Counted from the stretch's first letter, positions 24,716-38,700 are shown. The stretch: 64,000 nucleotides of DNA from Trichosphaerium sp. ATCC 40318 (GCA_038496445.1 JALMLS010000579.1:443095-507094); one strand, 5' to 3'. Notes: generated by a model not told the origin, from the letters alone. Translations and numbers: made by a program.

Positions 24716-26792
24716 TTATGTTTCATTCTTTTTAACAAGTTCATAAGGTTCCCCATCATTGAAGTACCCATACATCATAGAATTACTGTCTTCATCCCAT
24801 ACCATACACGCTCCTTGAAGTACTCCATTTACAAATTGATGTAGCTGTTGTAGTTGTCTATTTTCATACCAACTTTTGCTTACGCCATGCTCTTTACCAT
24901 CAACCCAATTAGATTGGTCCTTAAGTGTACCATTCTCATACCAACTTTTTCTTTCACCGTGCTGTTTACCATCAACCCAATTAGACTGTTCTTGAAGCTT
25001 TCCACTCTCATACCAACTTTTGCTTTCACCATGCTCTTTACCATCAACCCAATTAGACTGGTGCTCAAGTACTCCATTCTCATGCCATGTCTTTCTTTCA
25101 CCTTCCAGCATATTATCTTTGTAGTTTGTTGTAAAACACAATTTTCCATTTTCAAACCAATGTGTAGCTGTCCCAGTAAGTTTACCATTAAGATGAAATG
25201 CATGTAGTTTCAATTGTCCATTTTCATACCACTTTTTGCTTTCGCCATGATTTTTACCATCAACCCAATTAGAATGGCCCTGAAGTGTACCATCGTCATA
25301 CCAACTTTTGCTTTCACCGTGCTCTTTACCATCAGCCCAATTAGACTGGTCTTGAAGTATTCCATTCTCATACCAACATTTACTTTCTCCATGTTGTTTA
25401 CCATCAACCCAATTAAATTGGCCCTGAAGTGCTCCATTCTCATACCAACATTTACTTTCGCCATGCTGTTTACCAACAACCAAATTAGCTTGGCTCTCAA
25501 GTGTACCATCATCATACCAACATTTACTTTCACCATGCTGTTTACCATCAACCCAATTAGACTGTTCCTTTAGTATTCCATTCTTATACCACCTTTTTGC
25601 TTCTCCTTCTTGCTTACCTTTCTTGTAATGAGATTGTTCTCTCAACTCCCCACTGTCATACCACTCTTTACCCTCTCCATCAAGTTCACCGTTACAAAAA
25701 TAACATTGTCGGATCAATTGGCCTGTAGTGTTCCATTCAATGAACTTTCCATGCAACTTGTCATTGACATAAAAAGACTTACTTTCCATTTGTCCATTTG
25801 CATACCATTTTGTTGACTCTCCTTCTAGTTTGCCATCAGCATGAGTAGACAGATCTTGCAGTTGTCCATTGTCATGCCATGATTTGATTATCGATCGTTC
25901 GTTACTACTAGAAATCTGCATTCGCAACTGTCCGTTATCATGCCACTGCTTGAAATCACCTACAAGCAAACCATTACTAAACACACCCTTTCCATCAATC
26001 GATCCATTTTCTTTCCAAGAAATGTGCTCTCCATGTCGTTTACCATCAACAAAATTAATAATTTCTTTCAGTTGGCCGTTTTTGTGCCACACCTTGTAAA
26101 CTCCTTCTTTTTTACCATTGATATTATGACAGAGTGTGTTCAATTGTCCGTTGTCATACCAATGTTTTTCCTCTCCGTTTAGCTTATTGTTTTCGAAATT
26201 TTTTTCCACAGTTAAGTTACCATTTTCGCTCCATACCTTATATAACCCTTCGACTTTTCCATTTACGCACGTGAAAGCTGCACAAAGTTTTCCATTTTTA
26301 TGAAAGTTCTTTTGATCTCCTTCTCGCTTTCCTTTGACAAACTGACGTAGATTTTTTAGTTCTCCATTGTCGTACCACATCTTGGACTCCCCGTCAATCG
26401 AACCCTTATGGTAGTAGCACTGTTTCTCCATATTACCGCCTTTGTAGAATTTCTTGAAAATTCCTTGACCTTTACCATTTTCCCAATGTGCAATACACGT
26501 GATTTGTCGCCTTGAAGTCTCTTCGAAGAATTTTTGTTTTATCCATTTTCCGTGTTTTCTCAGTCTTTCATCAAACCTTGTAGCTGTTGCCGTTTGTTTA
26601 GATAGGAGCGGCCATTTGTTATACACCTCTTCTAGGTCTAGTTCCGCTATTTCATATTGTAAATCGCCAGGAAGGCTTAAAAGGCTTGCTTTGGGTCTAT
26701 GGTGTTCAGAATCCGCGGTGTGTTGCTGTGTTTAGCGTGTTAGCGAATGTTTGTTCATGTTACAATTGGACTACCTCGCGTTTGGATTCCAT
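24716..26792 (-). CDS. F-box-like + MORN2-variant (YwqK-type) repeat protein, about 675 aa
   Basis: Exon 1 MESKRE, 49-nt intron 26726-26774, then LLSLPGDLQYEIAELDLEEVYNKWPLLSK (F-box-like) and more than 20 repeats of WYxNGxL...Y/WxxGxxxG. Confidence 0.85.
24850..25600 (-). repeat. Intragenic 72-bp (24-aa) tandem repeat array, about 10 units
   Basis: accatcaacccaattaga recurs at multiples of 72 bp; unit QSNWVDGKxHGESKxWYENGxLxx. Confidence 0.9.
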
Positions 26793-28351
26793 ACTGATGA
26801 ATGCAAGAAATAAAAGGTTTCCAACGATGCGAAATTGTAAAGTGCTTTTCAAAGTTTGTCACGTGTCATGAGCGTATCTGCGACTAGTGTTGACCAGTTT
26901 TCTTCAACTTTTCGTCACATGGAAAGAGGTTTTCCAGCTAAGGCTTGTGCTGTACTATGTAACGCGAAGCGTGCGCGACTAAAGTAAAACACAGTCCAAA
27001 TGAACCAACCAAACTTTTCATCATGTGGCTTGTTGTTTGCAAAGGCATTCAGGTTAGTATTGTTCAACCCTTATACCCACTCTTACGGCTTTGTGACAAA
27101 ACTATGTCACGTTTATCAATAGCATTTTATTTTGGGCAATAGTGCGATCAAAGTTCGCCACTTGGATTTCTTCTATTTCAAGCACTCCCACCTACAACGG
27201 ATCCTCTACCTAGTATGAAGAATTATCTATTGCTTTGTAACTATAATGGTTTGCCTACATTACGCCATTGTCACGAACTTGTTTGGATATTTAAGCAGCG
27301 TTGCTTGTGCAGGTAATACCATTTTGCCAATGGGTATTTTTCTTGTTCTTATCATAATTTTACTTCTGTAGATAAATAAAAGCAGCCACTACCCTTTTTA
27401 TAACTCCGGAAGATCTTATTGTAATAATAACGCAAGGGTACGTCCAAAGAAAAAACAACCTTTTTTCGAAGAGCATAATAGACGGGCCAAGTAAGAATAA
27501 ACTAAGAACGTGATTTCTGATTTATGCTTCACGCAAAGGTGATTTTGGGAGGTTTGGCTAGAGAAGGTACTTATTGCTACAGCCTTGCTGTACCTTTGCT
27601 TTACAACTTTTTTTTAAAGGTAGTTACGTAGTGCTTCACTCCCTAACATTGAAGCAATATGACTATGCAACGTAAAATACATTACTTACATACTAACTTA
27701 AATGCAGTGGAGCTGGGCAAGTGTGCCGCTAACTTATTCAAGGTGGATATGTTTACCGTGGTCCTGATGACAAAACCAAGCTTGACGAGCAATTTTAGAG
27801 TTATTGCAGTTGGTACGTAAATCTTAATCTATCTGCGTTCTCTTTCTTGTCCAAATAAAACAGGCCAATACAGAACTGCTAGATTATATATCCGTACAAC
27901 GCAAAGACCACAGCGCGTTGTATCACCAAGTAGTTTACTTCTCCTCCAGTTAGAGTCTCACCCTGGGCAAGGATCGTTGCCTGTTCTCAGACGATTTTTT
28001 CCCTAGATGCAAATCGTTCTACTTTATCTCTCGCAATAAAATCTTAGAAAAAATATTAACATTGTGACTGTCCTTAGCACGTATTTAATTTGTTGGTTTT
28101 GGTACACATCTCCTTACCTTACACATCATTTGTTACACCACGCATTCAAGTGTAGTGTACACGTGTTCGAAGGTTTTAAACTTAAAAATCGTCCTTGAGC
28201 AGCATTGTGGTTTAGAAAATAACACCAACACTTTATGCGGTTGCTTAGCAGGTAACTAATGGTGTTTGGTGGCATTGAAGTGTATTTGTGTAAGTACGAT
28301 CACATTTTTTTATGTTTCACTTAGCGACTCAATAGCCAACCAAAGCAACAA

Positions 28352-31300
28352 ATGAGTATCTCATTTCATCTCGCGTTGATAGTATTATGCTATGTAACTA
28401 CTTCTTTTGCTTGTAATACTATCCCTATCCCAGCGAACGCCACAGGATCCTGCTGTGTTCCTTTTACCAGACAAGACGGCTTACCCGGTACTGGTTGTAT
28501 AGATACAACAAACGGTGAATGTACAGCACAAAACGGCGCATTCCAACTGGGTACCTAAAATTTTGTCCAGCGTTATTATAATCTGACCCTTTGATAATCA
28601 GGAACAACATGTGCCCAAGGCGAATGCGGTAAGTATTAGGAGTTTCAGTTTTTCTATCAGGACGAAAACTTTAACTGGCTTTTTTTTTTATGAGCCCACG
28701 TGTTTATTTTTTGTAGGCTCTTCCTGTCAGCGTGGTTTTTGCGTTGAATTCTTTTCTACTGGCGATAATTGTAACTTCTTGCCGGGATATGGTTGTGGTG
28801 ATGCACCGTTGGGCCAAGAGCTCGCAGATTGTCCAATGGGTACTTTAAAAGCCTTTTAAGATTGATTTTTTAACAAAGGCTAGTACTTGGCGCTTGCTGC
28901 AGTATGACAGATGGTTGTAGGGATAGTGTACCTGCCTATAATTGTAGCTCTATAATGGATGGCGTGTTTATTCCAGGTTCGCATTAAAAACAAAACACGA
29001 CTTGTCTTTTCCATCACGTGTCAAGAAACAACATTAATCTTATTGTTTCAGGTGGTACATGCGCTGAAGACTGCGGCGGGAATTGTTGTAATCCTATGGG
29101 TATGCTCGTACCAGGAGTCAACACAAGGTGTGGCTGTGGCAGAGATTCAGGTATTTCCGGCGAATACACCTTCTGCAGAGCCGGAGCAGACTGTACTACT
29201 GATATGGCTGATGGTGTTAACTGTTATACAATTGAACGAAGCTTTCAAGACCAAGCAAAAAAAGACGCAGAATTTGATGAAGAAGATGAAGAAGAGTTAT
29301 ACAGTAAGCGCGCTTTTCTAGGGGATTTGGGAATTGATCCTTCTGTGATGATATGTGCGTTTAAAGATTCAAGAAAAAAACCTGAAACTTAACCAAAAAC
29401 AACTTTAGTTGGCAATCGCTACTGTATCCCAACGTTGACCTTCGCTCCAACTGCTGGTGAAACTTGCTCTTGTGGTATAGGATTCAGTGACTCCGCCGTC
29501 ATGGTTAGTACACATAATATACAAAGCTCGTTGATAAGATACTAATCTCCTTTTTTTTTAAAAAGGTAAATGGTGTGGATATCTACTGCAATCTCGCGTC
29601 AGGAATAGGTCCAGATTTTATGAACAGATTGCCTTTTGATTTTGGTCCAAGCGTTACATCAGCTAACGGGTTTGATGATACCAATTCTCCATTGAACCTC
29701 AATAACTGGAACGGGTTTGCGGGTCCAGTAAGTTTTTTGAAACAGAAAAAAGATCACTTAGCTGAGTCTCTTTTAGTTTAGTGGAAATCCTGCTGCTATA
29801 CCTGCCGATCAAACTGTATGGCTTTGTTTCGATTTGACCGTACCAGTCGGTACCCAAGGACCTGTACAAGTAGAAATTGGCGCAGGTTAGTTCAATTAAC
29901 CCAGAATGTTTTGTAACAGGTTTGCTTAGGTGCTGGTTTCCCAAATGGTGCTCCACAAACAACTGGCCCACATGCTGCTTCATTTTTCGCATCTTTGATC
30001 GCACCTATTGTAATTACAGAAAATAATGACACAGTACGTTCACAAACTTCTAAATTTGAAAAATCACGGTTTTTTTTCCATTTCTTGAATAAGCTGCTAA
30101 AGGCTCATTTAGGTCTTTATTATGAATATTACTTTATCTGATGGCATGACAACTATTGATCTTGAAGAGAATGATGTGATTCCTATCAGTGTATTCAGCG
30201 ATATAAACAACCTTTTCCTTGGCGCGCTTGTAGCAGTAAACGAAACGATTAGCAGCGTTTTCTTTTTAATCAATCGCCCTACTTTAGCAGATGTTTCGTA
30301 CGTTCTATATTTATCTAACTTAAAACTTATTAATCTACCAAAGTGTTACTGATCTCACTGATCCTTATGCCGTTGGACCTTTTGTGGGTGAACCTGGTAC
30401 ACTCTTAATTTTTTTAGCTTTTCTGGTTTTTTACCAAAGATTAGGTTCGTACAGTGCGAATATTAATATTCAATTATCGACTGGTACTATATTGCGTCTA
30501 GAAAACTTTGCATTCGCGCTACAACAACAACCACAAGTTAGTGGTGATCCTCATTTCAAGGGACTCAAAGGACAAGTACGTAAAACCAACGCCTTTTCAA
30601 AAAAACAAAAACTGTTTTACATTCTCAAAGTACCACGTGGTTTTAAACAAAAGTGGTTTTTAACAAAAGCATTCGAGATGTAGCTCGGAATCTAAAAATA
30701 ATTAAACAAGTATTTAATCTCATTGATTTTTTTCTCCTAGAAATACGATTTCCATGGTGTTCCAAATAAAATCTTCAAGTAAGTTCAAACGACCTCACGT
30801 GTTTGTTTAATAATTTTTACTATCCAGTTTGATCACAGATGATGCTGTAACTGTAAACGCTTTGTTCGTAGACGCTGATTTGAGACCTCAAAAGAACAAG
30901 ACATATATTGGTGCACTTGGGTTTACTGTTTGTGATCCAAACGGAATATCATTGAAACTTGTCTTTAAATGTAACAGAGACAGTGAAAACACCAAGTCTA
31001 TCTTGCTTAACGGTAAGGAAGTAGCAGAAGGATCATTCACCGATCTTGGTGTAGCTACAGTTGTACAGTACGTATAGTTGAGATACAACGAAGCGCTTTA
31101 TTTCAAAACTTTACAAGGCTGGACTTTTTGTTTTGTAGTTTTCTTGCTGTTTATTGAATATTGTTCAGGACTGGTCTTAAAAATGGAAAGACACGTATTA
31201 CCACTAAACACGGATACAAATTCTCAATGAGATTCTCTTCGAGCAGACACTCTACATGCCACATCAACTTTAAGGTAATAACTTAACAACATAAACTAAC

Positions 31301-31610
31301 AACTTGCTAACTTTTTTAGACTTCGTACCAACCTATCCAAGGACATTCACTACCTCACGGTATGCGCTCTATTGATGCATAAAGTCTAACATACTTTATA
31401 GGAGTTTTGGGACAAACTGCTGGTCTACCAAGTAATCTTGTTGGTGATGACATGAACAGTCCAAATATTGTCGAAGGAAATGTTGAAGATTACATTGTTC
31501 AAGAAGGAGACTTGTTTGGAACTACTTTTAAGTTCAACAAGTATACCGAAGGTAAATGTCCATCTACAATCGAGATCGAAGATGCGTCATTATCAGGAAT
31601 GGCTGAGTAA
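28352..31610 (+). CDS. Secreted Cys-rich (GxCC-repeat) protein with a C-terminal vWD/root-cap-like domain, multi-exon
   Basis: Signal peptide MSISFHLALIVLCYVTTSFA; GSCC, GACC and GNCC repeats; acidic linker ending YSKR; SGDPHFKGLKGQ|KYDFHG and PHG|VLGQT motifs. Confidence 0.75.
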
Positions 31611-32033
31611 TTAAGAAACAAGAAGGGAACACAAGAGCCATCAATTGTTTCGCTTGTTTTTATGTAGTACTGTTTGTTTGAAAAAAAATTAAAACAGTTT
31701 GTTTTTCTTTCGTCGTCTTGTCCAAGTAATGCAAAGATGGATTTAACAAGCAACGCGCTTTATTTGCTTACGTCGAGTGCTTTCGCCTACGCGAACTTTT
31801 CGGTTTACGTTTAACAGAAATCACGTGCGAAAAACTTTGTCTGCTACTATATTCTTCTATGCACTATTATTGTCCGTAGTTACCCTTGTACTATAAAAAA
31901 ACAGTATGATAAATGCAACACAAAAGTGCCTTCTGTTACATGAACATTTTGAAGTAATTCGACGAACGCTAGCCCGAAGGCCATATTATAAACATACGTA
32001 TTAACTTAAAGTTAAAACCAATCTTACAAATGA

Positions 32034-32846
32034 CGCACGAAACAAGCTGAAGAGAGGACTGTAAAATCAGATAATTGCAATGTATTATTACACCTTCCAC
32101 ATGAGATTCAGCTTGATATTATCGATCTAGACACATCAGTGTATTTACTTTGGCCACTTCTTTCTAAACAAGCAGCAATGACCACAAGGTTTGACCATGA
32201 GATGAAAAAGCATGGGAAATGGCAAAGAAGAGATGTCAGTAAAGTTATAGTTCGCCAAGGGTTTTGGAAACATGCTATGAAACATGGAGAGTTCAAGCGA
32301 TGGTATGAAAACGGGTGCTTGGCGGATCACAAGAAATACATCAATGGCAAGCGAGAAGGAGATTCCAAGTATTGGTATGACAAAGGACAATTGAGGGAGC
32401 AGCGTGCATATGTCAACGGTAAACGACATGGCGAGAATAAACATTGGCATAAAAGTGGCCAATTGGGCGTGCTCCGAAGCTATGTTAATGATTTACAAGA
32501 AGGAAAGAATAAGGCATGGCATAAAAATGGCATATTGGCGCTTGAGTGTAATTATGTTAATGATAAGATTGAAGGAGAGAGCAAGAGTTGGTATGATAAT
32601 GGTCAAATGTCGAAGCAGTGTACTTTTGTAGGTGGTAACATTCACGGAGAGAGTAAAAGTTGGTATGATAATGGTCAGCTATGGGAGTGCATTCATTGGA
32701 CAAATGGTAAGCGTCACGGAGAGTACAAGAGTTGGTATACCAATGGGCAACTATGTAACTTTTGGAATTTTGCCAAAGGTGAACTAGAAGGAGAGTGCAA
32801 GGCTTGGAGTAACAATGGTGAATTGTTACAACATCGCATATACTGA
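32034..32846 (+). CDS. Second F-box-like + MORN2-repeat paralog (start codon unresolved)
   Basis: Open frame LLHLPHEIQLDIIDLDTSVYLLWPLLSKQAAMTTRFD...KHGKW is homologous to the N-terminus of the 26792 gene, followed by about 8 MORN2 repeats. No in-frame ATG precedes the F-box. Confidence 0.75.
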   Translation, partial: RTKQAEERTVKSDNCNVLLHLPHEIQLDIIDLDTSVYLLWPLLSKQAAMTTRFDHEMKKHGKWQRRDVSKVIVRQGFWKHAMKHGEFKRWYENGCLADHKKYINGKREGDSKYWYDKGQLREQRAYVNGKRHGENKHWHKSGQLGVLRSYVNDLQEGKNKAWHKNGILALECNYVNDKIEGESKSWYDNGQMSKQCTFVGGNIHGESKSWYDNGQLWECIHWTNGKRHGEYKSWYTNGQLCNFWNFAKGELEGECKAWSNNGELLQHRIY

Positions 32847-33517
32847 CGGTGAATTAATCAAAGAACCGATATTTTAACAATGACACGAATTGTCAGGTCT
32901 GTTGTAGTAAAGTTAGTCAGATTCTCTTGTTTGTTCGTTCATTCTCAGGAAAACTAAAGGAGAAGACTTGTTCAGAAACAAATCAAATATTTCTCTTTAG
33001 AGAAAGAAAAATCTTGTGTGAACTGATGGCTTTTGGGTTTACCCATTCAACATTCCAAAATGCTGTCAGTTTACAATAAGTTTCGCATAAAGTTCACCTC
33101 GCTCCGACAGCGCGAGCGTTAATATGGTTTTGGTGTAGTCGTTTATATTGTGCGACAAAAGAGAGCTGCAACAAAGCAAAACGGATAGAGCGGACAATAT
33201 GCCCGTTGTTTGAGTTAGTACACATGGTACAAGACGAATACGTATATGGGGACAAAATAAACGCCGGTACGTTACTAAACGACCTTGATACATTTGTGTA
33301 GGCCTCTTCTTGTTGTTCCTCGCGTTGTGTAACAAAAGGCCAAATATTTGTCCGAGAATGCTGGAAGGATACTGAAACCGCTATAGCGCCCTACCCAATA
33401 ATTCTTTTCCCGGTTGAGTAAACTGTGTTCCAACAATAAAAAAAAGTAACTTAATCGCGTGTTTACCCCAAAGTTTTTTCATTATTTTCAAACCCAACAG
33501 ACACAACAACAACAAAA

Positions 33518-35102
33518 ATGGCTGGAGCAATGCTTAAACATCCTGAACGTAAGAGTGGACTCAGTGAGTACCGCCTACTAGGCAAATCAGGTATGACATG
33601 AAAAGGTACAGCTTTTTTCTTAACTTACACTTCAGGTCTTCGCGTATCGCCTCTTTGCTTGGGTACAATGACATGGGGACAAAATTGGAAAGCTTTCGGT
33701 ACGTTTTTCTCTTAGCTTAACCTGATTGATAAATAACGACTTGAAGGTATCCACATGGACAAAGAAGAAGCCAAGAAGGTTTTTACCCATTTCGTTGCTG
33801 AAGGTGGTAATTTCTTTGATACCGCAGTCAATTACCAAAACGGACAATCCGAAGAGTGGTTGGGTGAGTTTATGGAAGAAGCTGGTAACCGCGAAGAGGT
33901 ATGCATTGACGATAAAAAAACTGTATTGTATTTTAAAAAACCGTAAAAACTGCCATTGTATTCATGCGAAAGTTGAAGACTCATTTTCGTATTATAGCTC
34001 GTCATTGCCACTAAGTTTAGTGGCCCAAATCTTGGTACTCCTATGAATATTAACTTCGCTGGTAATGGGCTCAAGAATATGATGTATTCAGTAGACCTAT
34101 CGTTGAAGAGATTGAAAACAACATACATTGTACGTCAAACTACACCTTTTTAAAACATTCACGTGCTAATATTTGTAAGGATCTTCTATATGTACATGTA
34201 TGGGACTACACTACACCTATCGAAGAAGTGATGCGTGGTTTGGATACTTTGGTAAGTAATAAATAATACAAAAATAGATAGAAATTTGTGAATTGTTGTA
34301 TGTTAATTAACAAACTTTCAATGTAGGTTCGCTCTGGTAAAGTTCGATACATTGCGATCTCTGATACACCAGCTTGGGTTGTTTCTTATGCTCAAGCAAT
34401 CGCTGATAAATATGGATGGACGTACGTGTGCTCTTGAGTGTTTTATACCAGTCTTCTGTTTACGACGTTTTGATTTTCTGTTAGCAAGTTTATCGCCTAT
34501 CAAGGCCGCTACAACGTTGGTGATAGAGATTTCGAAGCTGATGTAATACCTATGTCCCTCCAAATGGGTCTTGGTGGAGTACCATGGGCAGTTCTTGGTG
34601 GAGGAAAGTTTACTGGAAGATTTTTGCGTGGACAAGAGGTATGTCTTTGCAATAGTCAGAGAAAAATGTACTAAGGTATCTTAAAGGCAGGAGAAGGTCA
34701 AAGAATGGTTCAAATGAGTGAAAAGGACTACGACATTGCTGATGAACTTGTCAAAATCTCAAAAGAACTTGGATGTACTCCTTCTCAAGTTTCATTGAAC
34801 TGGGCACTTCAACAACGTGGTATCACATCCGCTCTTGTTGGTATTTCAAAAGTTCGTCATTTGAAGGATAACATTGGTGCTTTGGAGAGTAAATTCAGAC
34901 TCACTAAAGGTAACGTTTTTATCTCTTTTTGACAGAAGACTTTGGAACTAACACGTGATTTTTACTATGAATAGATCACATGGAACGTTTGGCTAAGGTT
35001 GTTGACTACAAAGTACCTTTCCCACATAGCATGTTGGGTGGCACTAAAACAAGTGAAATCTATTGGATTAAACCTGCTGGCAAGATTGTTGACGACTATT
35101 AA
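33518..35102 (+). CDS. Aldo-keto reductase (aryl-alcohol dehydrogenase-like), multi-exon
   Basis: YRLLGKSGLRVSPLCLGTM, GGNFFDTAVNYQNGQSEEWLG, VIATKF, SLKRLKTTYIDLLYVHVWD, VRSGKVRYIAISD and PSQVSLNW. Confidence 0.93.
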
Positions 35103-35395
35103 TTAGTGTCTAGACACTAAATAAAACGACCAGTTAAATGTATGGAATGGGCAACAGGCTATGACATAGAATGCAAGTGTAAATCAACACAAGTTCCTAT
35201 ACTTCTTTTAGAGCGATGTCGTGAACAATAAAGCATTTATCTGCCACGTACTTGTTTACCTAAAAATAAGGCTTCTGTTAACAGACTTCCAAAGGTAAAA
35301 TTCTTTCCTAGGCTGCAAATACTAAGTTAAGTCTGGTAAACCTGTATGCCAGCAAAAGACATACCAATTCATTTAAATAATTTTCATCGTGTCTT

Positions 35396-35405
35396 GTCAC
35401 GTGAC
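35396..35405. promoter_or_regulatory. Extended E-box GTCACGTGAC, one example of about 55 dispersed CACGTG sites
   Basis: Perfect 10-bp palindrome between the convergent 3' ends of the AKR and RhoGEF genes; function is inferred only. Confidence 0.35.
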
Positions 35406-35721
35406 TATTTTTATAAACGCGTGCTGAATTTTCCACGTAGGAGCGGTAGTGGTATAACAACAACTGATGGGGTTAAAATAACATCACCATGTATTATCCC
35501 TTTTTTTTTAGAAGTGAGTTTTCTACACTCATAGGTAATAAAATTTCATAACAGCTGCACTCAAGTACAAAATAAATGAAGGCATCATGATGCGCTCATC
35601 TTAGATTATTTCATAGACAACTAAAGCGTTACATAACCCAAATTTAATAGAAAGAGCGCTTTCGTTACTGTAGTGACATTTTGAGCAGCTGGCTTGATGA
35701 TTGTAGTTTGTATTATTACAA

Positions 35722-38700
35722 TCAAGCTGATTGTATCTTAATGTAGTTAGCACTCTTCCCACTCTCTTTTGCTTTATATGTAAGGAATAAGCCTCTTATT
35801 TGGTGTACCCAATTATCTCGTTCCTCCTAAAAGTATTCCGTTCAGGAGCTGAAAAAAGAAGAAAAACTTTTTTATCATACCTGAGAATCAGCAACAAGAA
35901 CGATTTGCTCGTTTTCCTGCAACTTCTGCCCTTCCTTCTTCTTTTCTTTATAAATAAGCTTGAATTTTGTTACAGGTTCCATGTCAGAAGCTACCAAATG
36001 ATTAAGTTAACAACAAATACAAATAAATTAAAAATTGGTTTCTTACCATCTCGATCTCTTGGCAAGTTTACAATGTGAACAAGATCCTTCATGTGGATCT
36101 CAAGTTCGAATTTATATACTCTCTTACCAAATAAGCCTTGTTTCTTCATTGAACCTGTGAAACAGAGTGTTAGTACTAACACAAAGCGTAAAGCGATTTC
36201 AACATAAAAAAGCATGAAAAAAAGAAACCTCCCACCGCTTGGTATGTGTTGACAACAAGACGAAAGAGAATATGTTTATGCAAGAGATATCAAAGGAAGT
36301 AAATAATAGATGACGTACAAATTACAATCAAGTCTGATAGTAGATAGACAAACACGTATCCTGAACCGTCAATAGTATGATGAACAATGAAGGATTTTGA
36401 GTTGATGTACTGTCTTCCTTTTTGAGGAAGAACATCAGGATAACCAACAATCTTTTCTCGTATTTCCATGAGCTTTGTAATACGTGCGGCTTCGACTTTT
36501 GCTTCATTCAAAAAGTTGTCCAGTTCTTAATATATTCTTACTTTTTTCAACTATTTTTCTTTTTCTTTTCTGTAAACAACTTACCTATCATTGCGTCTAA
36601 AGCTTTTGATACCATAGGATAATCTGTGTGATGTCTTGGTGTATATTTGAGGAGTTGACTCAAAAATTGAGTATACCTAACGACAAAAATCTTAGTAGAA
36701 AGAAATAACAAAAAACCGAAATTAAATTTCTTCAAATGATCATTCTTCTCCATCCCCTTTGTGCGAATTTCATAATTTGTGATGTTAAAATACATCCTGA
36801 ATGTCTAAGACATTATATGGGCATAGGATAAAGAACAGCGATCAATTGAAGAACTTGAGTTGACATTCTCTCTTTTTTTTCTTACTTTTTAGTTCGTTCC
36901 ATCGGTTGATACAAGTAAAACTGTAAACCTTCCATAAAATCACGATCTGATGTAACTTCTTGTATAAATGATTTAAAATTACGTCGTTTAATACAACGAG
37001 AATAAGTTAACATTGCTTTTTGATAATTCTGTATGTAAGGACTGTACAACTAAAAAAAGAGGGAAAAAAGTCAGCCAAAGAAAAAGGGAAACATTTAATC
37101 GTCTTATTCTTCTATTAACACGTGCCTTGAGTTTTTGAGACTTTGTTGAAACAAAAGGGTCAGTAGTGTGTTGGTTAAATAAATATTGAAAATTAGCGTA
37201 CCAGTTCCAAGAAGATTTTACCGAGTTCTGTCTTCCAACTCCATTTTGTAACTTTTTCTTCTATAGATTTCAAGAATTGCTGATGAATGGCGTGTATGAC
37301 ATCAAGATGCGAAAAAATATCCATTATCTCTTCTCGAGAAAGTATAGGTCTCTTAGTTTCAAGGGCTTTCCTCAAAGGAAGCAGAAACACCTTTCAAAAA
37401 AAGTAGGTGTTAAAGCGAGAAAGAAGTAAGAAAATATTAATTGATCCTAACAGGAAAACTTACAGAGGTTGCCAAAGCAATGTTTCCAAAATAAAACTGT
37501 TCTGATTGTAACATCTCACATAAAGTTCTATTTCTTCTTGCGTGCATAGACTCTAGATTTGTGAAAAAAGTCAAACAAGATAGTCAAAGTGATAAACAAA
37601 ACATACGGTCTGCAATGCGCTTATTTTTTTTTGGATGAGTTCTTCTGCTTGTTTTGGGTGCACCAACATCCCTCTTTGACGCCTTTTGGTATAGTCAACA
37701 TGAGCAAAACTCACAATTATAAATTAGAATCATCAACACATACCTTTCTGGAGCGCTTAGGTGACTCAACAGCATCAACAATATTTCTCCTAAATCAAAT
37801 AAACAACGTTACAAAAAACTTTGTTTACTGCCATACCTTGTCGATATACGTGGTAGTATCTTTGGAGGTGTTGTTTTACGTCTTTTTGGTGACATTGGAG
37901 GCGATAACATCTGTTCTTCTGGAGTTGCGCTATCCAAGTCATCCAAAAGTTGTTGGAGCTTTTGGGTATCTGTTTCTGGAGCATGACTTTTACCACTTGG
38001 AGAATCAATCTTTGATTGTTGTTAGCGACTGTTGTTGGTGTAGAAGGCTTACCTTTGATAGCAGCGATTTTAGGGACTCTGTTGTAGGTTCTTCTTGTTT
38101 CTTTGGTTTTTCAGGTATTTCTGGAGGTTCTTTCTTTTTTGGTCTCAAACTATCTGGACTTGGAGGAGAACCAGTGAAAGTATATTTTCTAATGACTCGC
38201 GGTTTTCTTCCTTTTCTGGGAGACACTATAAACGGTCAATAAAGATAACGCAACCCTGAAGTTATGCTAAAGGACGTACATCTTTCTTCTGATCTGTCAT
38301 GTTCTGTCTGACCAGCACCTGGCTCTAGACCATGTTTCGGCTTTTCTGGAACAGGCGGAGCCATTTTAGGTACTGGTTCTCCTTTTCCTGTTCTTTCACG
38401 TGTATGCGCCTTCTCAATCTTTAATTTAGTGTGTATCATCTTTGGTGGTTTATCTGTTTTCTCCCTGCTCCTCTTTGTTAGAGGTGAACCCTCAGGTACA
38501 TTAAACTTTGCTAAGCGTTCTTTAAGTCTTTCCATGTCCATTCTTGGAGGAGTTCTTTTTGGCTCTGGTGAGCGGATGCGAGTCTTTGGATCGCGGTCAG
38601 AGGGCTCTTTTATGGCTCTTTTCCTTATACGTTCAGGAGAAGTTGTTGATCTTCTTGGTTCTGGTTCGAATCTATCAACTTTTGTTTTAGGTCTTTTTTC

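Noticed and set aside
24850-25600. Regularly spaced repeats resembling a CRISPR array, plus long overlapping and antisense ORFs
   Set aside because: These are 72-bp coding repeats without unique spacers and with no cas genes; the shadow ORFs are by-products of the repeat.
26733-26758. Apparent premature TAA (MNKHSLTR*) in frame with the MORN gene
   Set aside because: It lies inside a 49-nt GT-AG intron (26726-26774); the real start is ATG 26792.
26870-28020. Series of splice-like sites and short exons on the plus strand
   Set aside because: No continuous frame could be assembled; unidentifiable pseudogene-like remnant.
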